A DNA stretch of 64,000 nucleotides from Eubacteriales bacterium (GTDB lineage Bacteria; Bacillota; Clostridia; Oscillospirales; CAG-272): assembly GCA_045577925.1 (NCBI GenBank), contig JAZNJH010000031.1, positions 115,612 to 179,611 of the forward strand, read 5' to 3'. Below the pieces are notes generated by a model that was not told the origin of the DNA, ran no database searches, and was given only the letters and a program-made list of their open reading frames with translations. Below are positions 7,760 to 18,436 of the stretch, piece after piece. The position numbers and the translations under genes were made by a program. How positions within the stretch are numbered: the stretch's first letter is position 1; each line of letters starts with the position of its first letter.

Positions 7760-9757
7760 TTAATCCACCGCCATAGCTATATAATCAGCACCATAAGTGG
7801 CAATGTAGTCCTTTCGCGCAGGCAGATCGTCACCAAGAAGTGTATCGAATATCCTTGCAGTTTCAAATGCATCGGCTTCAGTTACTCTTATAAGCCTTCT
7901 TGTTTCAGGGTTCATTGTCGTATGCCACATCATCTCAGGTTCGTTCTCGCCAAGTCCCTTTGAACGCTGTATTTTATATTTAGAGTCACCAAGCTTTGAC
8001 AGTATATCGATTTTCTCCTGCTCATTGTATGCAAAATGCGTATCATTTTTACAGGTTATTTCAAAAAGCGGAGATTCGGCAATATAAACTCTTCCCTCTT
8101 TTATAAGAGTCGGCAGCAAGCGGTAGAACAGTGTCAGAATAAGAGTTCTGATCTGATATCCATCCTCATCCGCATCGGTACATATTATTATCTTGCTCCA
8201 ACGAAGCGAGCTTATATCAAACGCAGGAAGATCGCTTTTCACTTTTTCGGTAAACTCAACTCCGCAACCGATAACCTTAAGGAGGTCTGTGATTATCGGG
8301 CTTTTGAATATCTTATCGTATGCGCTCTTTAAGCAGTTAAGCGTTTTACCGCGCACGGGGATTATTGCCTGGAATTCCGAATCACGCCCGAGTTTTACAG
8401 ACGTAAGCGCAGAGTCACCCTCAACTATATACAGTTCTCTGATTTCGGGATCATGGCTTCTGCAGCTTACAAACTTTTCAACCCTATTAGCAATGTCTAT
8501 ATTACCCGTAAGCTTCTTTTTCAGGCTGAGCCTTGTCGTTTCAGCCGTTTCGCGGCTTCGTTTGTTAAGAAGGATCTGCTCGCCTATTCTCTTTGCGTCA
8601 ACAGGATTCTCGATAAAGTAAATCTCGAGGTTCTTTTTTATAAATTCGGTCATCGCATCGGCAATGAACTTATTTGTAATAGCTTTTTTCGTCTGGTTTT
8701 CATACGACGTTTGTGTTGAGAAGCTATTGGTTACAAGTACAAGGGATTCCTTTACGTCATCAAAAGTAATCTTTGCCTCGTTTGTCTTATATGCTTTTGA
8801 GTTTTTAAGGAACTTATCAATAACACTGACAAAAGCTGCTCTTACAGCCTTGTCCGGAGAACCTCCGTGCACAAGGAAGCTTGAGTTGTGATAATATTCG
8901 ATACAGCTTACGTTCTTTGAAAAAGCAAATACTATATCCGCTTTCAGCTTGTAATCCTTCTGGTCTTCTCTGTCGCGTCCTTTTGTTTCGAGTGTCCACG
9001 AAACGTTTGATGTGAGTGTATCCTGACCTGCAAGCTTTGTCAGATAATCGGAAATGCCGTTTTCATACACGTATTCATGACGCTCAGTAGTGTTATCGCT
9101 GCTCTGGTAGTTGAGAACAAACTTGACACCCGCATTAACTACCGCCTGTTTATCAAGAAGCTCTGTAAAATACTCTTTCGATATATTTATATCTGTAAAA
9201 ACCTCAAGGTCGGGCTTCCAACGGATTATAGTACCGGTTCTTATTTCTTTTTTTGAAAGCTCTGTAACCTCAAGCTCACCCACAGGATTGCCTTTTTCGA
9301 AATTCATCACCGAGAGAGTTTTGCCGTTATAAGAGCGGACAGTCATATATTCAGAGCTGTACTGCGTTGCACATGCTCCGAGTCCGTTAAGTCCCAGCGA
9401 ATATTCATAATTGGCATTTTCGTCGTTATTGACATACTTACCGCCTGCATACATCTCGCAGAAGATAAGTTCCCAGTTATATCTCTGTTCAACCTCATTA
9501 TAGCCCATAGGTATACCGCGTCCTCGGTCTTCTACCTCATATGAGCCATCGGCAAACACATTTACGGTAATCTCCTTGCCAAAACCCTCTCTCGCCTCGT
9601 CAACTGAGTTTGAAAGGATTTCAAAAAACGAGTGCTCGCAGCCCTCAAGCCCGTCTGATCCGAAAATTACCGCCGGACGCTTACGGACTCTGTCCGCTCC
9701 TTTGAGCGAGGTTATACTGTTATCGCCGTATTCAACAGGTGTTTTTGTTTTCGCCAT
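7760..9757 (-). CDS. Type IIA topoisomerase B subunit (GyrB/ParE family)
   Basis: GHKL motifs EILSNSVDE, DRGRGIP and GLNGLG; TOPRIM motifs IVEGDSA, PVRGK and TDADEDG; RSKGLGE. Confidence 0.93.
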   Translation of the reverse strand: MAKTKTPVEYGDNSITSLKGADRVRKRPAVIFGSDGLEGCEHSFFEILSNSVDEAREGFGKEITVNVFADGSYEVEDRGRGIPMGYNEVEQRYNWELIFCEMYAGGKYVNNDENANYEYSLGLNGLGACATQYSSEYMTVRSYNGKTLSVMNFEKGNPVGELEVTELSKKEIRTGTIIRWKPDLEVFTDINISKEYFTELLDKQAVVNAGVKFVLNYQSSDNTTERHEYVYENGISDYLTKLAGQDTLTSNVSWTLETKGRDREDQKDYKLKADIVFAFSKNVSCIEYYHNSSFLVHGGSPDKAVRAAFVSVIDKFLKNSKAYKTNEAKITFDDVKESLVLVTNSFSTQTSYENQTKKAITNKFIADAMTEFIKKNLEIYFIENPVDAKRIGEQILLNKRSRETAETTRLSLKKKLTGNIDIANRVEKFVSCRSHDPEIRELYIVEGDSALTSVKLGRDSEFQAIIPVRGKTLNCLKSAYDKIFKSPIITDLLKVIGCGVEFTEKVKSDLPAFDISSLRWSKIIICTDADEDGYQIRTLILTLFYRLLPTLIKEGRVYIAESPLFEITCKNDTHFAYNEQEKIDILSKLGDSKYKIQRSKGLGENEPEMMWHTTMNPETRRLIRVTEADAFETARIFDTLLGDDLPARKDYIATYGADYIAMAVD

Positions 9758-9983
9758 GTCATTTTCCTTTCGGTGATTTTTAACGTCTATTAGTTATTGT
9801 ATCACAAATCTTTGATTTTGAAAAGAGTTTTTTCGTTTTTTAATTTCAGATTGCCTTTACAAACTATATCGCTGATGTTGACTTGGACATTTATAGATGC
9901 TATAATATATTGTAGATATTTTTGTTTATATTGCTTTTCCCGGGGAATAATACACTAAGCACCTATTGCAAAGGAGCCTCCCC

Positions 9984-10706
9984 TTGAAAAGAAAGCATAA
10001 CAGAAGTAAAGCCTCAATACTTGTTGAACTCAAAGCCCTCAAGATAAAAAATAAATCAAACGAAGCACGCATAGCATCTCTTGAAGAAAAACTGGAAAAA
10101 GCAAGCATTGCTCTGCAAACTGTAAAAACTGCTTCACCGGAGATAGCAATAGACAATTACGAAAGTTACTTTAAGTATAAATATAACTCCCTTAAAAGTA
10201 CTGCCGTATGGAGCACTGCCGGACGTGTATTTACGTATTCAAGGCGATCGCTTTTGGTTGCAAGGCTTTTAAGGTATGCTTCTATTATAATAGCATTTGT
10301 TGAAACAAGTGCAGTTTTTCTCTTGTTTTCAACAATCTTGCTTATTGCGCTCCCTGCAACGCTGTTAATCGGGCTCATACTTATAGTTGTTGATGCCGTA
10401 TCCGGCAAAAAGAATAAAGATAAAGTATTATCAGCTGTAAATGACAAAAAAATCCTTATTTTGATCGCGCACAAAGGTTACAGGAAAAACAGAAGCACTT
10501 ATTTTGATTCTATGGTACGCGAATATGCAAAAGACGGAAGATACTGCGTTATAGTCGTTTCCAAATCTCTCATTGACGGGCCTTTTTTAACCGCTAAATT
10601 CCAAAGTAAAAACCTGATAATAATTCGCGAAAGCTATTTCTTTAGGCTCAAACGCGCCATTAATAAAGCTGAACTATACAAAGAAAAAGTGATCATCGTA
10701 TATTGA
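9984..10706 (+). CDS. Hypothetical membrane protein (N-terminal coiled coil, two TM helices)
   Basis: TTG start after AAGGAG; hydrophobic central hairpin; TTGACT-17-TATAAT promoter at ~9878-9906. Confidence 0.7.
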   Translation: MKRKHNRSKASILVELKALKIKNKSNEARIASLEEKLEKASIALQTVKTASPEIAIDNYESYFKYKYNSLKSTAVWSTAGRVFTYSRRSLLVARLLRYASIIIAFVETSAVFLLFSTILLIALPATLLIGLILIVVDAVSGKKNKDKVLSAVNDKKILILIAHKGYRKNRSTYFDSMVREYAKDGRYCVIVVSKSLIDGPFLTAKFQSKNLIIIRESYFFRLKRAINKAELYKEKVIIVY

Positions 10707-10727
10707 CAAAAAAACAAGGAGTAAAAA

Positions 10728-13700
10728 ATGCTAAGTATAGTGTACGGAATACCCGGAACTCCCAAAAGCACTCATGTATATTCACTCGCGCTTAACAACT
10801 TAAAGTCCGGTGGCACGAGTATTCTCGTTGTGCCCGAGCAGGAATCGGTTTCAGCAGAGCGAAAGATATACAATATGTCAGGCGATATACCGCTTCTGGG
10901 CCTGGAAGTTTTAAATTTTGACAAGCTGGCTGAGGCTGTTTTCAAAAAATGCGGTTTTCTCTCGTACAAATATATTACAGACAGCACAAAAAAATTGTTG
11001 CTTTCGAGAGTGCTAAGTGATATAGCACCCGCTCTTTCAGAGTTTTCTTCCCGTCATGATGACCCGAATTTCATTTCCACAATGCTATCGCAGATAAATG
11101 AGTTCAAATACGCAAAAATCACACCCGAAGCCCTTGCCAAGACTTCAGAACTCATTAAAACAAGCTCAGGCGAAAGCTCTGACCGACTTATAAACCGCAT
11201 AAACGAACTCGCTCTTATTTTCGCTTCCTACAACTCAACTGTAAACGATATGACAAGCGATCCTTGTGATAATCTCTCCAAGTGTGCCGAACTGATACGA
11301 AAGAACGATCCTTTTAACGGTGCTTGTTTTTATTTTGATTCTTTCAACGGCTATACCGCGCAGGAGTTTGATATAATATCTGCACTGCTGCACACCGGTG
11401 TCAACGTTACGGTAACGCTGACACACCCCGGCACTGACAATGCAGACGAGCTTTTTGATTTTACAGAGGTTACCCGTAACAAACTCAGAGCCTGCGCACA
11501 AAGGGAAAATCGTCCGGTCACCGAAACAATACTAAGCGAAAGCACGTATTACAAATCTGATTCCGTATCACATATTGCAAACCATTTTACAACATCGCAT
11601 GAAACTGAAAAATATACAGACAAATCCGACATTCATATAATCTCTTGCGCAGATATATTTGATGAATGCGAGAGCTGTGCATCGCTTATCGCTAAAGATA
11701 TCCGTAGCGGAATGAGATATCGTGATATAGCAATAATTTTCAGAAATCCGGATAATTATAAGGGTTTCATCGATGAAGCGCTTGAGCGTTACAATATCCC
11801 CTGCTTTTTCTCGGATAAAACCGATATACTTGAAAAATCGCTCACCCGATTTATTTTCGCAGCTCTTGAGATCTGCAACAGTGGAGCAAAATATACGGAT
11901 ATTATTACATATCTCAGATGTGGGCTCACTTCTCTTTCACAGTATGAAACAGACCTGTTAGAAAACTACGTTTCAACATGGAAGGTTTCAGGTAAGATCT
12001 GGTACAGCGACGAAGGTTTTACGATGAATCCGCGCGGATATATGCCGCTTACAGCTTCTGATGCAAAAGCACTCGATAATGTCAATTCCCTGCGTCAAAG
12101 GGTTATGGTCAACATCGAATCTCTACGTGAAAAATTAAAAGAATCCAAAACAGTTGAGCAGTTTTCATCAAGTATATTTGGATTTGTAAGCGAGTCAGAA
12201 GTATGTGAAAAGCTCGCTGCGCGCGCAAAGTTAATGGAGAATCAGGACGAAAAGGTCCTGGCACTTGAAGAAGCAAGCTTGTTAAATGCACTCTCTGCTG
12301 CTCTTGACGAGCTTGTATCATCAATAGGAGACCATGAATGCGGCCTTGAAGAATTCATCAAGCTTTTCAGAATGGTCCTGTCTGACACCGAAATAGGAAC
12401 TATACCTGAATCGGCCGACACTGTAACGATAGGTGATGCTTCGCTTTTGCGCTTACACGACGTTGAAAGTGTTTATATGCTCGGATGTAATGAGGGGCAG
12501 TTTCCAAGAAGCATCTCCGCTCCCGGCCTATTATCCTCGGACGAAAGAAAAATTCTCTTTGAAAACAGTCTTGACGATATTTTGTTTGATCCTGCCTCAG
12601 AGTCCCTGAAAGAATTATTCTATTTCTATCTTTCTGCATGTTCTCCTTGTTCAAAACTCACACTTATGCATATAAGACGTAATTTAAGCGGTGAGGATCT
12701 ATTTGAGTCTTCTGCATTAACACGCATTTCCAACATGTTTAATGCCGCGTCGGTAGACTCAGGCGAGACAAACACTTTGGACAGAATTGTTGATAATGAC
12801 TCTTTCATCGAGCATATTCCCTTCCTTAAAGAGAAAACAGATCCGTCTGTTCTTAACACTTTCATAGAAGCAGACCCGAAGCTGAAGGCTGAACGTAACA
12901 TTTTTGAAAATGCGGCTTTTACCTCAGACGAACGGATTTCAAAGCAGGCTGTGAACTATGCCTTTCCGGGCGATATTTGCATTACGCAGTCTGCAACCGA
13001 CCTCTATGCAAAGTGCCCCTTTTCCTTCCAATGCAAGTATGCTCTCAAGCTCAAAGAAAAGCCGTCAGACTCTATAGAATTTTCTGATCTTGGAACGCTC
13101 ATACATTCGATTCTTGACGATTTTCTTAAAGAAGAAGTCAGGCTCAACAAGGAAAGCATTTGCACAGATCCTGATGAAATATACAGAAAAATCAAAGACA
13201 TAACCGACAAGCGCTCCAAAATACTCTTGGAATTTACCGCAGAAGAAAAACGAGCGCGAGTATCACGAATGCTCAAGCGTGTTGCCGATATAACTGCACT
13301 TACAGCCGCAAATCTCGCTGAAGAGTTTTCACAAAGCGGCTTTACTCCCTCGTTCTTTGAGTTTCCCGTCAGCACAAGCTCAAGCGGAGGTCTTTTGCCT
13401 ATAAAGCTGAAGCTTGAGGACGATAGTTATATACTTCTTGGCGGAATCGCCGACAGAATTGATACTATGGTAAAATCGGGAAAGCTCTATATACGCGTTG
13501 CCGATTATAAAACAGGAACTCGAAGCTTTTCGCTTGAAAGCATACGTATGGGGTTAAGCCTGCAGCTTTTGATATATCTCTTCTCCATCTGGGAAAATGC
13601 TGATACCAGCTTCAAAACAACTGTTGGTGCTGATCCTGATGCTGAAATCATACCTGCAGCGGCTGAATACGTTATGACAACACCTGATTTCACACGCGTA

Positions 13701-14087
13701 GATGCTGACAGCGGGGATTTTGGCAAAAAGCTCGAAAAGATATTCAAGAGAAGCGGAATATACCTTGCCGATCCTGAAATCATTGAGGATATGGACAGAG
13801 GAACAAGCGGCAGATATATACCGGTAAAATCAAATATTAAACCGCTTTCAGGCTCAGAGCTTGCAACGCTTGACGAATTCAACGATCTTAAAAATGAAGT
13901 AAGTGGTATACTCACTGAGATTGGTAACGGAATAAAAAGCGGAAATGCTGCAATTTCCCCGATAGAAAAGCTCCCGGAAACAAATTGCAGCGCATGTACA
14001 TACTGCCCTATGAAGCCTGTGTGTAAAAATGCTGCTTATGGCAACACTGCTTATAACGATGAAGAAAACGATACTAACACTGACTGA
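10728..14087 (+). CDS. addB: ATP-dependent helicase/nuclease subunit B
   Basis: VVPEQ; inactive helicase core; PD-(D/E)xK nuclease GIADRID...DYKTG; Fe-S cysteines CPF...CTYCPMKPVC. Confidence 0.95.
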   Translation: MLSIVYGIPGTPKSTHVYSLALNNLKSGGTSILVVPEQESVSAERKIYNMSGDIPLLGLEVLNFDKLAEAVFKKCGFLSYKYITDSTKKLLLSRVLSDIAPALSEFSSRHDDPNFISTMLSQINEFKYAKITPEALAKTSELIKTSSGESSDRLINRINELALIFASYNSTVNDMTSDPCDNLSKCAELIRKNDPFNGACFYFDSFNGYTAQEFDIISALLHTGVNVTVTLTHPGTDNADELFDFTEVTRNKLRACAQRENRPVTETILSESTYYKSDSVSHIANHFTTSHETEKYTDKSDIHIISCADIFDECESCASLIAKDIRSGMRYRDIAIIFRNPDNYKGFIDEALERYNIPCFFSDKTDILEKSLTRFIFAALEICNSGAKYTDIITYLRCGLTSLSQYETDLLENYVSTWKVSGKIWYSDEGFTMNPRGYMPLTASDAKALDNVNSLRQRVMVNIESLREKLKESKTVEQFSSSIFGFVSESEVCEKLAARAKLMENQDEKVLALEEASLLNALSAALDELVSSIGDHECGLEEFIKLFRMVLSDTEIGTIPESADTVTIGDASLLRLHDVESVYMLGCNEGQFPRSISAPGLLSSDERKILFENSLDDILFDPASESLKELFYFYLSACSPCSKLTLMHIRRNLSGEDLFESSALTRISNMFNAASVDSGETNTLDRIVDNDSFIEHIPFLKEKTDPSVLNTFIEADPKLKAERNIFENAAFTSDERISKQAVNYAFPGDICITQSATDLYAKCPFSFQCKYALKLKEKPSDSIEFSDLGTLIHSILDDFLKEEVRLNKESICTDPDEIYRKIKDITDKRSKILLEFTAEEKRARVSRMLKRVADITALTAANLAEEFSQSGFTPSFFEFPVSTSSSGGLLPIKLKLEDDSYILLGGIADRIDTMVKSGKLYIRVADYKTGTRSFSLESIRMGLSLQLLIYLFSIWENADTSFKTTVGADPDAEIIPAAAEYVMTTPDFTRVDADSGDFGKKLEKIFKRSGIYLADPEIIEDMDRGTSGRYIPVKSNIKPLSGSELATLDEFNDLKNEVSGILTEIGNGIKSGNAAISPIEKLPETNCSACTYCPMKPVCKNAAYGNTAYNDEENDTNTD

Positions 14088-14125
14088 TTATAGTTCGTTT
14101 CATCAGATTACTGAGGAAGATAAAA

Positions 14126-17100
14126 ATGGCTAATAATGCTGTAAACTGGACGCCGATGCAATCGGCGGCGATTGAAACAAAAAATAAAACTTTGCTCGTC
14201 TCTGCCGCGGCGGGAAGCGGAAAAACTGCTGTGTTAACTGAGCGGATAGTAAAGCGCCTTTGCGACAAAAATGATCCCGCAGACATATCACGCATGCTTA
14301 TCGTAACTTATACAAAAGCTGCTGCAAACGAGCTTAAGGTTCGTATATCAAAAGCAATAACAGCTGCCATCGCACAAGACGTTACAAACAAGCATTTACG
14401 CAAACAGCTTTTACTTTTATCAAGCGCCAAAATATCAACGATACATAGTTTTTGCTTTGACGTTGTCAAAAGCAATTCAAAAGCCCTGGGGCTACCTGCG
14501 GCTATAACTATCGCGGGAGAGCCTGAGCTTCTGATACTCTCCCGTCAGATCATGTCAAAGGTTATAGACGATGCATACAACAATATTTTTGAGCCCGAGC
14601 ACATTCCCGAAAGGTTTTATGAGCTTACCGATATCTTTTCTCCACGCACAAGCGACAGCGCTATGTGTGAAGCTCTTATTAAAATATATACTACCCTGCA
14701 GAATTATCCTGAAGGCATAGACTTTCTCAAAATGTGTTCAGAGGAGCTTGGCAAGGAAGCATCACTTGAAATTTATCAGAGCAGACACGCTGAAATTATC
14801 ATTTCAAAGATAGGTTCTTACGCAAAATACTTATTAAGTGAATATAAGACCATTGAAAGCGCTATTAAATCTGACGAAATTTTATATCCCAAATGTGCAG
14901 CTCTGCTTTCTGACGAAATCAGCTTTCTCGAGTCAATAACCGACAACATAAAAAATGAAAAGTTCAACCTTGTATATAAGGTATTCAATGCGTTCTCCAT
15001 AACAAGATTTCCTACAATAGCTAAATATTCTTCGCAGATCAAAGAAGACTATAAATCACTCAGGGAAAAGCTTAAGGGCGAGGTTATAGCTAAGCTTAAA
15101 GATCTTTTTGGCAAAGATGCAGACATACTTCGTGAAGAGACGAAAATTACGTCAGAGCTGATATTCACCGTATATGCTCTGTTATACAGATTTGACAAAC
15201 TTTTCACCAAAGAGAAAAAACGCCTCGGCCGACTGGACTTCAGCGATCTTGAGCACTATACCCTTGACCTTTTATACCAAAACGGCTCTCCAAGTGATAT
15301 TGCACGTGAAATATCTGACTCGTTTGATGAAATATACATTGACGAATATCAGGATACAAACTATGTTCAGGATCTGATCTTTTCTTCTATAGCAAAGCCA
15401 AACAACCGCTTTATGGTTGGCGACATAAAGCAGAGTATTTACGGTTTCCGTGGTGCTGCTCCCGAAAGCTTTTCAGGTTACCGCGATACTTTCGAAGCTT
15501 ATGAAAGCGAAGCGGGCAAAAACTCATCTTCAAACACAATATTTTTGTCAAGCAACTTCAGATGCGACAGTACGGTTGTCGACTTCTGCAATACCGTCTT
15601 TTCATGTTTATTCAGAAATGCAACAGGGAGAATACCGTATTATGATTCAGACAACCTTGAGTGTTCAAAGATCGACGCTTATAAGAGCACTTCGCCTGTA
15701 CATGTAGTTCTTGCAGGTGAAAACAGCAACTCGGAATCTGAATATATCAGCGAAGCCGAGTACATTGCACGCGAGGTAAAAAGGCTTATAAAAAGCGAAA
15801 AGAAAAAGGACGGAACACCTATCAGGCCGTCGGATATTGCCATACTTACAAAAGCAAGAGCATCTTCAATACCGATTGAAAAGGCTCTTAACGATTTGTC
15901 CATACAATGCTCAAACAATATTGAAACCGAATTTTTCGAAAATTCAGAAATTCTGCTTGTTATGGCTTTGTTAAACACGATCGACAATCCCCTGCGCGAC
16001 ATCTATCTTGCAGGTACACTTAAAAGTCCCTTATTTAATTTTACTCTTGATGACCTTGTTATAGTCCGTGCTTTCGACAGAACAAAATCGCTTTATGAAG
16101 CACTAACTTTATATACTGACCAAACGGGTTTTGAAAAAGGCAAATATTTCCTTGAAAGATTAGATTATTTCAGAACGCTGGCTTCAGGAAGCAAGGTTGA
16201 CCGTCTTATCCGTAAGCTTTACCATGAGTGCGGTCTTTTCAAAATAGTATGCGCATCTCTTCCTGACGGTGCAAGACCTGAATCAGCGCGCGACAATCTT
16301 GTGCTTTTATACAAATATGCAAGGGATTTTGAAGCGAGCTCCTTTAAAGGATTAAACAGTTTTATACAGTACGTTAACGATATAATCGCGCAAAAGACAA
16401 AGATACCCGTAAAATCAAAGGCAAGCTCAACAGATGCGGTTCAGATAATGACGATCCATGCATCGAAAGGTCTTGAATTCCCGGTAGTTTTTCTTGCCGC
16501 AGCTCACAAAAGAACAAACACTCAGGACAAAAGTAACGTTATACTGATTGACAGGCATGCAGGGGCTTCGATTGATCTTCCGGGTCCAATACTCGGTTTG
16601 AAGAAAAAAAGCTTTCATAAAAAAGCTCTGGAATATGTATACAACGATAACACGTACGAAGAAACTATGCGTGTACTTTACGTTGCGCTGACACGTGCAA
16701 GAGAGAGACTATATATAACGGGCGAATATAAAGACCCTGAGAATGAATATGAGAAAGTAAGTAAAGAGGCTTTAAACGTCTGCCCATATACTATTTTAAA
16801 AAATCATCCTTATATGAGACTTGTGCTTATACCCGTTTTATCTGCAGATTACAGCTCTGACGATAAGTGCAGAATAATTATGCCAAAGCTTGACAAGGCA
16901 GATACGACTGATGATATTCAAAATTCAGTGCAACTCATACCTGATAAGCAAGATTCACAAAATATCTTAGATCAGATAAGATATCAGCTTGATTTTGTAT
17001 ATCCTCACGCGAGTTCTCTCGATATTCCCTCCAAGCTTTCCGTTTCTTCTCTTTCAGGATCAGTTCTTGATGAGGGCGTTTCATTCGAAGCTGACGAAAA

Positions 17101-17737
17101 CACTCTTCTTAACAAGCTTCTTGATACAAAGCCTGCTTTCATTACAAAAACGTCAAAGGAAGCAACGGCTGCAGACCGCGGTACTGCTACACACGTTTTC
17201 ATGCAGTTCTGCAATTTTAAGCACATTGAAGAAAACGGCGTTCAGAAAGAGATCGAACGCTTGCTTTCTTTGAATTATTTTGGCAGTGAAACGGCAGAGC
17301 TTATAAACTTAGAACAAGTTGAAAAGTTCTTCGGGGGCTCGCTATACAATGACATTATAAAACGTGCAACAAAGCTCTGGCGTGAATATCGCTTTAACGT
17401 TGAATTGCCGGCACACGTGTTTACAAATGATCCCAAAAAGCAAGAAGCACTCAAGGGTGAAAATCTGTTCGTTCAGGGTATAATTGACTGTTTTACTCAA
17501 AATCCTGATGAAAGCTTCACTCTTATAGACTACAAGACTGACCATATGCCTTTTTCAATGAAGGAAAGCGAAAAAGATTTTGAAGCTTTACTTGCAAAAA
17601 GGCACTCTGAACAATTAAAGTATTACAAACGCGCACTTGAAATTATAACAAAAAAGCCGGTTAATAATGTTCTTATATATTCTTTTGCACTTAACAAAGC
17701 GATTGATATAACCGAGATGTGTGATTTTAAAAATTGA
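14126..17737 (+). CDS. addA: ATP-dependent helicase/nuclease subunit A
   Basis: AAAGSGKT, IDEYQD, VGDIKQSIYGFR, TIHASKGLEF and YVALTRA; C-terminal QGIID..DYKTD. Confidence 0.97.
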   Translation: MANNAVNWTPMQSAAIETKNKTLLVSAAAGSGKTAVLTERIVKRLCDKNDPADISRMLIVTYTKAAANELKVRISKAITAAIAQDVTNKHLRKQLLLLSSAKISTIHSFCFDVVKSNSKALGLPAAITIAGEPELLILSRQIMSKVIDDAYNNIFEPEHIPERFYELTDIFSPRTSDSAMCEALIKIYTTLQNYPEGIDFLKMCSEELGKEASLEIYQSRHAEIIISKIGSYAKYLLSEYKTIESAIKSDEILYPKCAALLSDEISFLESITDNIKNEKFNLVYKVFNAFSITRFPTIAKYSSQIKEDYKSLREKLKGEVIAKLKDLFGKDADILREETKITSELIFTVYALLYRFDKLFTKEKKRLGRLDFSDLEHYTLDLLYQNGSPSDIAREISDSFDEIYIDEYQDTNYVQDLIFSSIAKPNNRFMVGDIKQSIYGFRGAAPESFSGYRDTFEAYESEAGKNSSSNTIFLSSNFRCDSTVVDFCNTVFSCLFRNATGRIPYYDSDNLECSKIDAYKSTSPVHVVLAGENSNSESEYISEAEYIAREVKRLIKSEKKKDGTPIRPSDIAILTKARASSIPIEKALNDLSIQCSNNIETEFFENSEILLVMALLNTIDNPLRDIYLAGTLKSPLFNFTLDDLVIVRAFDRTKSLYEALTLYTDQTGFEKGKYFLERLDYFRTLASGSKVDRLIRKLYHECGLFKIVCASLPDGARPESARDNLVLLYKYARDFEASSFKGLNSFIQYVNDIIAQKTKIPVKSKASSTDAVQIMTIHASKGLEFPVVFLAAAHKRTNTQDKSNVILIDRHAGASIDLPGPILGLKKKSFHKKALEYVYNDNTYEETMRVLYVALTRARERLYITGEYKDPENEYEKVSKEALNVCPYTILKNHPYMRLVLIPVLSADYSSDDKCRIIMPKLDKADTTDDIQNSVQLIPDKQDSQNILDQIRYQLDFVYPHASSLDIPSKLSVSSLSGSVLDEGVSFEADENTLLNKLLDTKPAFITKTSKEATAADRGTATHVFMQFCNFKHIEENGVQKEIERLLSLNYFGSETAELINLEQVEKFFGGSLYNDIIKRATKLWREYRFNVELPAHVFTNDPKKQEALKGENLFVQGIIDCFTQNPDESFTLIDYKTDHMPFSMKESEKDFEALLAKRHSEQLKYYKRALEIITKKPVNNVLIYSFALNKAIDITEMCDFKN

Positions 17738-17750
17738 AGGATATAAAGAT

Positions 17751-18422
17751 ATGATAATATGTGAACATAAAGCCTTTGAAAGAATACTTTCGCTCGGGTT
17801 TTGCGATACGGCAATACCTGTATCTGTAAGACAAAACGTGGGCGAAGAAGTTATTATAACAGCCCTGCCGTCGCTGAAAAATACTGTCAAAGCTTTTCAA
17901 AAGCTCTTTGAGGGAAGATATTTTTCAAAGCAAGCGCATGCATGGCTTAGAGAGAAAGTGCGTCCATTCATGTATGAAATCGGATACAAGGATAACAGAC
18001 AAAGCAGAAAAATAACACAGATAATGACAAGACCGGGTCACTCTTCTCTGCCCGATGGCAATTGTCATATACTCAAATCCGACATGCCAAATCTCACCTC
18101 AGCTGACGTTTCATCTCTTATTGAATTCGGTCATATAGTAGCCGCAAAAACGCTTGATAATAAAATAGTGTCCGTAGCATATACAAACCTTGACCCCATC
18201 GGCTGCAGTGCTGTTGAGATCGGAGTTGAAACAGCATCGGGTTACAGGCAACGCGGATTTGCGAAAGATGCATTGTGTACGCTTATAAACGAGCTTGAGA
18301 GAATGAACATTTCTCCGATATACGTCTGTTCAAAGACCAACCGCGCGTCAATAAAGCTTGCAGAGTCTTTGAATTTTGAAACAGAAGCATTTGAATACAA
18401 CTACGTATTCAGGCGCATTTAA
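17751..18422 (+). CDS. GNAT-family acetyltransferase
   Basis: C-terminal VETASGYRQRGFA and N.ASIKLAESLNF motifs; ATG at 17751. Confidence 0.8.
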   Translation: MIICEHKAFERILSLGFCDTAIPVSVRQNVGEEVIITALPSLKNTVKAFQKLFEGRYFSKQAHAWLREKVRPFMYEIGYKDNRQSRKITQIMTRPGHSSLPDGNCHILKSDMPNLTSADVSSLIEFGHIVAAKTLDNKIVSVAYTNLDPIGCSAVEIGVETASGYRQRGFAKDALCTLINELERMNISPIYVCSKTNRASIKLAESLNFETEAFEYNYVFRRI

Positions 18423-18436
18423 GGAAGGTAAAAACA

